DNA of 63,456 nt, the filler included, from Licmophora abbreviata (lineage: Eukaryota): the NCBI GenBank assembly GCA_900291995.1. It is 9 parts of 9 records of this genome, joined end to end, with 100 filler letters (N's around TTAATTAATTAA, not from the genome) between each part and the next. Parts side by side here need not be neighbours in the genome. Positions count along the whole stretch, not along the records: positions 36,778 to 54,273 come from OLMU01000006.1; positions 54,374 to 56,573 come from OLMU01000007.1; 7 more parts are not named here. The stretch is one strand, 5' to 3'. Both the position numbers and the translations under genes were made by a program. Shown in pieces: positions 43,007 to 55,100 of the stretch. Positions within the stretch are counted from its first letter, which is position 1, and each line of letters starts with the position of its first letter. Under the pieces are notes generated by a model, which saw nothing but the letters and a program-made list of their open reading frames with translations, did no database searches and was not told where the DNA came from.

Positions 43007-45527
43007 ATGGCCGAGACTGTCTCTACCGCGTATGGATCTCGGAGCTCTGATGATGCCTTCAACGTATACGGAGAACGTGAGAGCATCAATTTCCCCGGAT
43101 ATGCGTTCGACGACGAACAGCCAGTCCATGAGCACGTGTACGGCGAAGATGAAGCTCGCTTTCACACGTACGCAGACCCCGAAGTAGTACACTACGACGA
43201 ACCTCAAGTTGAATTTCATGTGTATGGCGAACCTCACACCCACGTGTACGAAGACGGAACGGACGCGAGTCGCTTCGGAGGTGCAAGCTCAGTCATGGTG
43301 GAAGTCTGCGACGACAGCACCCCGGGTAGCCTCCCCTCGCCGCCGCCACCACCTCGTCGCCAGCGTCGCCAGTCTTCCCGGTCGCACCGTGCACGTGACC
43401 TCGAGGCTTCCCGTAGCAAGAAGAAACAGACGCGTCGGCATCGAGCAAAGGAAAAGCACCTCAAAAAGTCACCCAGTGTCAAGGCAAAGCGGTACAATCC
43501 TTCGCTGCCGGAACCCAAGCGTGTTCCAGATGACTCATGTCCAGCTCGTTTCTGGAAGCCTTTCACGCGGTTCGCTACTTTCCTTATCCTCGACTCTTGT
43601 ATATGCAAGGACGGTGCCGAGGCCAAGCAGGCGTGGCGCGAGAAGGTCACCATTTTCGAGATCATGTTCCTCTCCAATATACTGTTCTTGGTCATCTTTG
43701 GGCTAGTCCCTCTATATGTGTGTGGTGATCAAACACCATTGTCCGAGTTCGAAGAGTATCTTGATCCCGCTTGCACCGGTCTACAGTACACCATGTACGG
43801 CCTTCTCTTCTTTGTCGCTGGATTGTTGCTACTGCAGTGCATCTGTTCCATGATCATTGGAGTTCACTCTCTCTGCCTCCGCATGGCGCGCAAGAAGAAT
43901 CCGTTTTCAGAGGAAGAACAACAGGCAGGAGTCATGGTCATGGTCCCGTGCTACAACGAAGGGGACCAAGAGCTTCGCAAGACTATCAAGAGTATTCTCA
44001 ACACCAAGTATCCCGACGACAATAAGGTTCTCGTGGTTGTCGCTGATGGCATCATTACCGGTCGAGGCGAATGGACCAATACGCCTCGAACTCTTGCTAA
44101 TCTCTTGGGGTTCGAAGTAAGCAAGCGTGACAAGGCGTACTCGTACAAGAGCATCGGTGCTCAGGCCGAGAATCGGGCGAGTGTTTACCACGGCACCTAT
44201 GAAAACAATGGGCGATCCCTCAAGTACATTGTTATTGTGAAGCGTGGTCTTCCAGAAGAAAAAAATTCTGCCAAGCCTGGTAACCGAGGCAAGCGCGACT
44301 CTCAGCTCATCACGTTGGGCTTGTTCAACCGAGTCCACCACGATCGCCGTCTGAACGAACTGGACGACGCCATCTGCCAAGCCCTGAACGACTTGCAGAT
44401 ACCTGCCATCGAGCTCGAGTACCTTTTGGCCATTGACGCAGACACACGTGTCAGTGAAAACAGCATTGGCTACATGGTGCACAGTATGGACAAGAACAAG
44501 AAGGTTCTTGCGTGCTGTGGAGAAACGAAAGTTGACAACAAGACTCAGTCCTGGGTCACCATGATCCAAGTCTATGAGTACTTCGCGAGTCACATGCTCA
44601 AGAAGGCATTCGAGAGCGTCTTTGGTTGCGTGACCTGTCTCCCAGGCTGCTTTACTATGTACCGAATGTTTGATGACGATTGGCGCCCACTGGTGAGTCT
44701 TTACCTACGACATCAATTGAACTTTCCTCGTCTTCTCTTCACGCACTCACGGGATACTACTTCTCCTGCCACAGGTTGCCGCTGACAATGTCTTCCAAGA
44801 GTATGCGCGGAACGATATTGATTCATTGCACGAAAAGAACTTGTATCATCTTGGGGAGGATCGTATGCTGACAACGTTGCTTCTTCGATACTTCTCCGAC
44901 TTTCGCCTGAACTACGTTCCGGTTGCTTCTTGTTGGACCATTGTCCCAAATGAGTTTCGGGTGTTGCTCAGTCAGCGTCGCCGCTGGGTCAACTCTACGT
45001 TCCACAACATGTGGGAGCTCTTGAAGGTTAACACCATGTGCGGTATTTGTTGCATTTCCATGAACGCTATCGTAGTGGTGGACATGATCTCGACAATGAT
45101 TCTTCCTGCGTCTGTCGTTTACGCGGGTGTGTTTATCTACGCGGCAGCAGTGGAAGGCGAGTCGTTCAGCCTCATGACGCTCACTCTGTACGGAATTCTT
45201 CTTGGGACGCAAGTTGTCATTTTCTTGGTTAGGTCCCGCATCGACTACATCTTCTGGTTCTTGATCTATATCCTTCTCGGTATCCCCGTCTTCTACTTCA
45301 TCCTGCCTCTCTACTCGTTCTGGCACATGGACGACCTTTCGTGGGGAACAACACGTCAAGTAACCGAGAAAGCGCCTTCAGTGAAACCAAGCGTCAAGCC
45401 AGAGACATCGAAGCCAGCTGAACCAACTTCCTCCCTTCGAGCCTCCACCAAACGGACAAGTGGACGCAAGAGCGAGAGCAAGCGACAGCCGTCACCAAGA
45501 GAAGCTCACTCATTCATTGACGTGTGA
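43007..45527 (+). CDS. CHS: Chitin synthase (division-2-like), 2 exons
   Basis: join(43007..44692,44775..45527), 812 aa; AKQAWREKV, VPCYNEG, VADGIITG, KPGNRGKRDSQ, DADT, CGETKV, QVYEYF, VTCLPGCFTMYR, LGEDRMLT, SQRRRWVNST, WHMDDLSWGTTR. Confidence 0.95.
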
Positions 45528-46146
45528 ATCTATTTCTAGAGCTCTAGAGAGAATCATACCATTCAAGTATCGCTCTTTGGATCGATACTGCTTGGAATAT
45601 TTGTGCGCAAGAAATGCGAATGTCAAACCTAACTACTATGTAATGAGTTAGAGAATGCTAATTGTGATTGTGTCTTCGATGCTTCTTTTTCCTACCGGTG
45701 GCTTCGAGTCAGAAGGCGTCTCGCAGACAACGTGAGGCTGACTAGGCGACTGTCGAGCAGAGTAGTTCCCAGCTGCAATGGTCGACATAGATGTAGTGTG
45801 CTTTGGGAGCATGGTACCATCATCGTCTTCGAAGTTATTTGCTCGCTACCGGTACCGTTAGGACTTCTATACTCGTAAGTGAGACTAGCTCTTCATGGGA
45901 AACACCGCGCGCATATCTCACAGTGCGCGTCACTTCCAACTACGAGTATGATACGAGTACATATGCTCGTAACTTCGGCGACACTCGTCCCGCCGCTCGC
46001 AAGGCGTGTTGTCATTATTTCGGCGTGGGAAGTCCCCTCCATGGCAGAAAAGCGATCAAGCCATTGTCCTCTCTTTGCTCCCTTCAATTCAGCAGTTGCC
46101 ATGCAAGGGAAAAGCAAGTTCTTGAATCGAGAACGACTATAGAATC

Positions 46147-49100
46147 ATGGTGAAACAGCTGATTATCTCCGGTACGTTGAGACTTTCGTTAGTTTTTAGT
46201 CAGCGCGAGGATACCCCAGGATTGAAATCGTCTGATTTCTAGCTTGCTAAGTTGCGGCCTAGTTATTTTCACAATGAATGGACGCGAGGAGGGAATCTTT
46301 GTGCCACTAGGCGCTGCTTTCCTGGCGTGAGCATCGGGGGACGTAAGGCGTGACGGACCGCTGGGAGGAAAGAAACATGCTCGAAGTGATAGGAAGCCTC
46401 GATAATGCTGCTAGAATAGTGTCATCTTGAGGCCTGGAGCGGGTGAACTGCATTGCTTCTCCCGCTCTGACCATTGCTAGGCTGTTTTGGGCTCGCTCTT
46501 GTCTCTGATGTCGCTCGCTCACTATTGTTTGTCTTCCCCCTCACAGTCCTTGAGGACGTCATTGGCGAGTACATTCTCAACATCTCGAAAGATAATTTAA
46601 AGATTGCGGCCCTGAGGGGGAAAATGAAGCTTGAGAATGTCCAGTTGGATGGTGAACTCATCGGGAGTCATGTGCTCGGAGCCATGGGGCTGTCGGGCTT
46701 TGGCGTTTTATCCTGCTGGGCCCGATCATTGAAAGTGGCTGTGCCGCTGAAAAATCTCGAGAAGGAGCCCACTCGCTTCGAAATACATGGTCTCCACTTG
46801 GTTTGTGTTCCCCTATTGCCCTCGACGGCGAACAAACTGTACGGGGCGGGGTCCCCGGTCGATCCGAGGTGTACGTTGAGAACGAGAGCCAAGCGATCGG
46901 CCCTCGCCAGGTTCGAAAGAAACTATTTTTCGGGAAGGATACCAGGGGAAGGACCACCGTCTCGGCGTGTTAAGCGTGCCGCGAAGGTGGCTGGTCGTGA
47001 ATTGCGAAAGAGGAGAAGCAAACTGAAGAAAGGAGACTTTGACAGTGACACGTTTGAGACAGACGGGACGACTGGCGACGATGAGGCATCCGACTGGAAT
47101 GACGAAAGCTTCTACAGCGACTCTTTCTACAGTGATCCGGACGAAAACGCGAAACTTGATAAGTTGCCGGCAGCATTTCGAATACCAATTGTACAACAGA
47201 ACTGGACGACCCGCATGAGACAGAAGATGCTTGGCAATATCGAGGCTAGTCTGTACGACATTCATGTTCGATGTGAGGTTTCCAAGAATGGCTTAGAATT
47301 TGGTCAGACATTTGAAGAGAGCGCTGAAATGTGGGGTGATCGAGCCAAAAGTAAAGCGTATCGCATGGCGGCAGAGCAGCGGGCCTTCTCATTCGGGTTA
47401 ACAATGAAAGGTCTCGTTATTCGGAGCGCTGACGAGAACTGGGAGGTGGGAAGCAGCAAGCCTGCCGATGAGAACAGCTCTGAGCTATCTGACGGATCAG
47501 GAAAAAGAGGGTCGGACAGTATGTCCGGGAAGATGGGGCGCCTGCGTCGAATTGGTAAGTTCAACGACGTTTCGATATATTGGGACCAAGACCCACCACT
47601 GCTAGTGTCAGAAACGCCCGTTCTTCAGTCCGAACATCGTCTATCTGCCAATAAGCTTCAGTCAAGAATATCTGCAGCCATGGAAGCGCTGGCTCTCAGC
47701 CAGGACCCTGGCGAGGCGATCAGTCGATCACTCATGGCAAATGAAACGAGGTACGTCTTTTAGTGGTTGGTCCGCGATATAGGTCTAGTTGACTGCGCTC
47801 ATGGCTGTCCCTGTACACTCGTCTTAGCTCCCCCATGAAAAGGCCACCAATTGAGCGACAGGAGGCGAGACCACTCTTGCACAGCTACTGTCTGGAATCG
47901 TTCTCGTTCACAATGCACGGAATCCTGAGCGAACGCGATAGACCTGGTCCGATGACTCTGTTTGCAGAGATCTTGCCTCTCAAGTTGGAAATGACGCTGG
48001 CTCCCCACCAGTACCTCCAATATAGGAAATTGCGTGGCGCCATGCAGTCGCAGCAGCGTTTTGATACAATGGTACACCAACGCCCTGCCAAGCGGCCACT
48101 TCAAGATCCCGTTGCGTGGTGGAAGTACGCAATCGGCTGTGTGATGACTCGGCCAACATCTCGTCCATGGGCCGATGTCAAGCAGATATCACGAAGTCGA
48201 ACGCGATACCTAGCGCTAGTAAGAAAGAAAATTCTGCTTTCTTCGGATGGGAGAGGATTCCACGCTGGACTAACAGAGAAAGAGAGCCAAGAGCTTCTTG
48301 GTCTCGAAGATCTACTCCCGATTGAAACACTCTTGGCGTTTCATTTGCTGGCATGTCGAGCAGCTCACGACGATCAAAGATGGGTGGACGCGAAATCGAA
48401 TATGGCATCACATAGAAAGAGCGAGCCCGCGTTGAATGTCGCCGATATGGCGGGGATGGCGCCTCCGAAAGCTCGAAGAAAAACGAGCTTCAAACGGATT
48501 CGCAGGGCTCTCAGTGGCAGTATCGGAAGCACCAGAAACACTTCCTCAAAATTGACCGAAAGCGAAGTGGCGTCACAGATGCTTTCAGTTTCATTGGACA
48601 AAAAAGACGATTTTCCAGAGTCAGCGAAAGAGGGGAATTTGCTCGAGGTGATGAAGACACGACTAGGAAAAAAGAAGTGGTTCAACACATTCCAAATCAA
48701 TGATATTAGGATTGTGATTGATCTCATCGACCGCACGGACAAAATGCCTTTTCTGCGTCTCGAGGCCAGGACAAGTGGAAGAGTGCATACCTTTGGACCC
48801 AGCAGGCGAGACTTTGTGTTGAACATCAGACAATGTGATGTGGTTGACCTCCGCAGTGTACTCTCGCCATCGTCACCTTCGTTCTTCGCAGACGGTAAAA
48901 TATTGACTGTCGAAGAGACACATTTTGGGCAGGCATCTTTTGCAGAAGCGAATGACGACAACGCCCCATCTGCAGAAACTCTTTCCGAAGGAGTAGTGTG
49001 CAGGATCTCGTACTCAAAGGATGTTCAGTCGCTTAAGCTTGGGATATCTGCGCTGCCGGCGACATTGGTCTGGAACAAACCTTCCATTGACTCTCTTTCC

Positions 49101-52100
49101 GAAGTTTTTTCAAGCTCAGCTACAGAGCTGAATACCGACGTAACGCGACAACTACGGAGTGTGGCAACTCCTCTCGCCCGAAGAGCGCAGATGGCTCTTC
49201 ACACGCCGACTATTGTGCAGATCGATATGAACGTGGCAGCACCGAAACTATGGGTTCCAATATCGCTGGACAGCAGCGATGGAGCTGTATACCTCGACGC
49301 AGGGCGACTTAGAGTTGCTTGCCAGAAAAGGGAAGAAGAGGCCCACTCGAAATGGAGTTGCATCACCCGCGACATCCAAGTTGTGTTTGTGCGCCAGAGA
49401 GGGCGTCTTGACTTGGCGGGCGAGAAAGAGGAACTTCGTGTTGTGCGACCTTTCCATGTTTGCTGTGACATTGGTTTGTCCGGTCTAGATGACGTCAGTT
49501 CCGAGAAAGTTGACCTTTTCTCGAAAGCAAGAGAAATAGAGAGAGGACTCGTCCTCTCTCAGACAGTGGTCGAGGTCAGCCCAATACGCCTTAACCTCGT
49601 CGACGCTGAGATACTTGCTCGAGCGATTGGACAGTGGTATGCCAGTGGCCTCATTCACGCAAAGCGGAGGGTCGCAGCTGGGGCGACCGAAGAAAATCTC
49701 GTCGGGAAACCGAGCATGTCTTCCACCGTGTCGAGAGAGAAGACAAGGCATGCACGCGGCGAACTTCCTGGGACGAGACCGCTTGATTCGTCTGGAGCCA
49801 CCCCTCATCTGATCCCGATCGCGATTGAGAAGTTCGAAGTGGCCTTGGAGGGACATTCGAAAACACCAGCACAAACCCTTACCCCGGACGACCAAAGCGT
49901 TAACTCATATATTTCCCAGGAGACCATTGCGACATCACCTCGAAAGCGGACGTATGTGGTAGAGGTCTTCGATGTTCAAGTCAATCGAGGGAAATTCCTT
50001 CACAAGACACAGACCGACGTTCGAGTAGCAGACGTGTCAGTTTTGCAGATAAGGGAGTCCCCGTTTGGGCCCGCAAGTCGATCGTCTTTTTGGTCAGATG
50101 GGAACCATTTTCCGATTCTGGTACGGGGCCATGTTGGGGCTTCAACCGAGACGAGAGGAGCACCTTCAGCACCTACTAGGAAAGGTCCGCCTATTTTGAC
50201 AGCCAAATTCCTTCACGACGGCTATCAGCACGTAGACGAGATGGAAATTGATGTTGAATCTGTTGCCATCTGCATAACTCCAGTTTCACTGAAGGATTGC
50301 GCAAAAGCATTGCACAGAGTTATTGAGCTCGTTCAATTGACGACGAAAGAAATGGAGCGCAAAGTTCACGAGCAGGGCAGGAGAGCTCGACGGAAAGGTA
50401 ATCGAATTCCACGCAGAACTAGGCACCGTGCAATCTGAAATCTTCGTGTGCTAACTCGGCATTCTCTTCTTTTCCAGTGTACGCAGGCGAACGGTTGGAC
50501 GATGAACAACAACAAAGATCAATCTCCCCGGCGACGTCCATGGCGGGAACAGAAGTGTCAAGCCAGTTGGAAAGCGGGGCGGTATCTGAGTCCAGTCTTC
50601 TCTTCAGGGTTACGCTAGCGGACAGCACCATTCTTGCTGGCAGGCAGTGGACCCCCTCGAATCCGCCTTCGCGCCCCATCACTCATTCAAGTGAAGTTGT
50701 TCAGTTGCTTTCGAAGACGCTTATAATGTTCCAAAGTTTGGAAAATCCTGGTGCATCCGGCATGAAGACATTGCACGTTAGCCTCGATAACTTGTCCACT
50801 TCTGTCAGCAACGAATTTGAGAGAGCGGACCCCTCAGAGGTTTCTCCTGTTTTGGCACCAAGCGCCGCAGAATTTCGTATCGTCTATGCGACGGAGAACC
50901 AGGGATGCGTTGTGTCCCAAGATATCTCTTTTGATTGCGACTCTGCACGCGCGTGCTTCACTCCACACGACGTGTCGGTTCTGACCCGCGTTTCTCGAAG
51001 CATGTTCGAGCGACTACGGTCGTTTGGGGCTAGCAGCGGACAGAAACACGATCCCAACCAGGGGGGGAAACAAGTGAATTCCGGCCACCCATCCCGCTTT
51101 TCGCTTGTCCGATACCAGAATAAGGGAACTGGCATAGCGACCAGTATACAGGTAGAATTGCAGACGCTCTCTCTGGTGCTTTTGCGTCCTGAACAAGCAA
51201 GTTCTGGCTCGCGGCCATTTTTTGATCTTAACGTGAAGCACTACAAGGGACATCTCTCAGGCTGCATGTCCGCTCTCTCTGGGGAGTTTAATGCGGTATT
51301 GATGACGAATTGTTTCAACGACGACGTTGGCGACTGGGAATACGCTGTCGAGCCACTGAGAGTATCGCTAGGGGTTGACCAAATGCCTAACGAGTTGGTG
51401 AGTGCTCAACCCGTCTGCTTTCAGTCAAAATCAGCGATGACGCTCACCGCGCTTGTCTTGATATCGACAGATTCTGAGGCTGTCGACGGTCGATGCCCTA
51501 CAAATCAATCTAACAAGCTCTCTACTCAAGGACATCGCAGCGCTAGACTTCGACTCGTTACGGATTGATGGGTCTTCCTCAGCAGGAAAGAATCTAGTTC
51601 ATTCGGAGAGAGCGTCGGCGAAAGCATCGATGACTAGATCTGTCGACTCCTGTCCCGTTACAATTATGAACCGCAGCGGAATTGACATCTGCCTCTCCCC
51701 AGGCGACACTGCTGTCTCGACGTGTTTGTCGAGTGCCCTACCTCGAGGCACGATTGTTGAAGCGGATGGGGAACTTTTCTTGGATCATGTAGTGGGGGTT
51801 ACAGCGACGTGGAAGCTTTCCGAGCTGACGCTTGGAGATGTCCCCCGGCTCTCGCTTGGTCTAGCGCCTTCGTCGGTAAGCCAACTGGGCGGGGACCGGG
51901 AACTTTTAAGCAGCTTGCCAATCTCAAGCGCTCGAGAAGAATCGATATCTCTGCATCGGCTCCAGCCCGTGGGGCTAGCCTCGGTGGACTTGAACAACGC
52001 GGCACGTCGGCAGACGTCGGGCCGATATACTCCAGAGTCCACCTTAAGCGACGTCACTGCTATCGGCGGTTCTGATCTAGCCTACTATAACGCAGAGCCC

Positions 52101-55100
52101 GTCGTAGAGTGGTGCATGGAAAACCAGAGACTCCGATCGAGTGTCGGAGACGTTTTTAACTTAGAGAAGGGCAAGGATATTCTCTCCTCTCGAATCTGGT
52201 CTCCCGAAGACCAGACCACAGCGGAAACATCGCGCTTCGAGGGCCACTGCCACGAAAATCTGACATCTGTAGACAGCTCAGATATGGCCGAGGATTCTGC
52301 ATCGCCCGAAGTTTCGACTCCCGAGCCAAGCGCACTAACTTCTACGTCCACCCTTCGAAGTAACTGGGTAAGGCCATACTTGAAAAACGACTCGCCTGAG
52401 TGGACGGATATGACGTGCATACTTCGGATGGCACGAGAGAGAGTGGTGCTTCCTGATAGCAATTGGATTTGGCTCAACAACTGGACTGTCGACCTAAGCG
52501 GCTCGTTTGGCGAATCAACTGACGCGGACGGTTGGGAATATGAAGCAGATTTTGAAACCTTCAGCCGAGCAAGGCGATTTTATAAGCGCGGCGACTCCTG
52601 CCGACGGAGACGGTGGACAAGAACACGGGTTGTACGCCCTCCCCAATTTGACGACCCTTTTCGCCAGATGTCCATTGTTTGGGAAACACGTCGCAACAAT
52701 GCCAGTCTCTCCGTCGTTGTGAGAAGTCCTCTGACCATACGCAATTGCACAGCATGGCCTCTTGCATTCTTCGTTTCCACACCTTCATGGGAGGCAGAGT
52801 TTTTTGTTGGCTGCGGGCATGCCGACGAGGAACTCAACGTACCCGTCCCGATGGCCTCGGCTGCGTACCTGCGTGTAGGAAAAGCACTCCGTCCAGATCG
52901 TGAAAGTGAATCGATAAGTGACTATGCCGTCACGCGAAGCTTGATGATTCTACCAACGAGCTACACGTCATCTTTTCACCTGCGGGCCACTATCAACATG
53001 AAGAATTTTAAGTCTGAGACATCACCTACGGAGTCTTCTCTAGGGGACATGCACTTTCTTATTCACGTGAAATGCGTCAAGGGCGTAACGGATATCTTCG
53101 TGGAACCTGTCATGCGGATTGTCAATCTATTGCCGTGTCAGATTCAGTGCGAAGTTGGGGAAGTCACGTTCACCCGAAAGTCAAGGACCGCGGGGAACGA
53201 ACGGCGCGTACTTGGCAACAAAGGAAAGAAGGTAATCGCCATGGAGACCATGACGATATCCACAGGAGACGAGGGGAGATGCACTAGTGTCGACCCCGCA
53301 TCAAAGCCCCACCTTTCGCTTCGAGTCCCTGGCTACCAGTGGTCTCCATGGCAGAGAGTTCTGAATAGGTCAGCAAACTCCGGTACCTGGCAACCATTGG
53401 ACTCGGAGGACGAGTATTACTTGCATTCCAATCAGGGAGATGGCGATTACGCCGAAGAGTTCAAGACCTCAGTACGATTCGAACGTATTGGCAAAGCTGG
53501 TGATCCTCTAGTGCTGATACTAAGCGTTGAAGCAGGCCACAGTCCAACGGTCAGAGTCTATGCCCAGTATTGGATATTGGACAAGACTGGCTTTGGATGT
53601 CGATTTTGTGACGGCTTTGTCGACCTTCTCGGCACAATACCAGACGGCGACACATCCCGTCGGTCTCACCTTTTGTCTGAGGAAGCAAACGATCCTGACA
53701 TACAGAACGAGCTGAAGACTCCCGGGCACCAGTGGTCGTTAGGGATGAATGGAATGTCTCTGTTCTTCTCGAAAAGAGAGAAAATTGCTTTGTCCGTAGA
53801 GAGAGGCGGCGGCACGAAGCAAGGCGAGATTCGCTCCAAATGGGTGGCACCGTTGGATATTTCAAACGTCATACCCAAAACAGTTTTCTTTGTGGACGAA
53901 TCTGGTGGCCCACGCCGATTTGACCTGGCAATCAGCGTTACTGTTTGTCCTGCAGCCTTCGCTCGGACGAAGCTCATCACTCTTTTCCCTCGTTATCAGA
54001 TCGTTAACCTTCTTCAGCGGAAGCTAGTTGTGGCTCAAGATGGCTGTCTACAGACAGCTGTGACCATTCCAGCCCAGTCGTCAGTTCATTTTCATCGCGA
54101 GAGACGGTCGTTATTACCAAAAGTACGCATCGGTGCTCCCTCGGCGATGGAGTTGGAGACTCGTGACCTAGAAGAGTGCTGGACGAACGGATGTATTCAG
54201 CTAGACAAGATAGGCATTACATCTATGAGGATCCCTTCGTCTGGCACACGACTGGAGGCATCCAAGCCCATGGNNNNNNNNNNNNNNNNNNNNNNNNNNN
54301 NNNNNNNNNNNNNNNNNTTAATTAATTAANNNNNNNNNNNNNNNNNNNNNNNNNNNNNNNNNNNNNNNNNNNNTCCAAGCCCATGGTTATACAAGCTGAG
54401 GTTCGCCTTGCGACGAAAGACCAGCCGTCCGCCGTCGTCATTGTGATCTGGGCAACGGATGAGACCTCAAATCCACTTTATGTCATACGCAACAAGACAT
54501 CAAGGACGATTCTTTGCCGACAACCTCTTCACGAAGAAGTCGACACTGGTGACCAACCTGATGCCACGATGTCGCTGGAATCCAGACGAGGCGCCCTCCG
54601 CCGACCAACTGGGTTTGATTGCGGCTCGGAAGTAGGCCCAATGTGTGGAGCGTTTTGGGGAATTGGAAACGCTGAACAGTTTGTGTGGGTACTGAATGAA
54701 GAGTATGTTGCATGCTTTGGCTTCGACGACCCTGAAAAGCCTCACACGATCGAGTGGACATCCGTGGGTGCTGGGGCTGCTCACTTTGAAGAAAAATACC
54801 AAAAATCTGTCTTGGAAATCGATGCGATGGGCTCATCGAGTAGTATTATCCTCTCTGATGGAAGTGAAATCCGGTGTCATATTGTTGCTGAGCACTCCAC
54901 TAAAGTGATCGAGTTCTTCGAGAGGCGGGAAACCAAGCGGCGGCACCCTCGATCGGGGTCTCGTACCTTTGGCGAAATCAAGAAGCGCAGCAGTCAGTTA
55001 AGGGCCATGATGGAAAATGAAGTGACGGAACATAGCGAAACTGTAGAAGAAGAGGAACTTGCTTTCAGCATCAGGTTCGACTTGAACGAGGCTTCCGTAA

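Noticed and set aside
43907..45359. Long antisense ORFs (228 and 178 aa) over chitin synthase, and similar ones elsewhere
   Set aside because: Shadow ORFs from codon bias of the sense gene.
38683..45527. GT92-like gene plus chitin synthase as a cell-wall gene cluster
   Set aside because: An unrelated gene lies between them and the sequence shows no shared regulatory signal.
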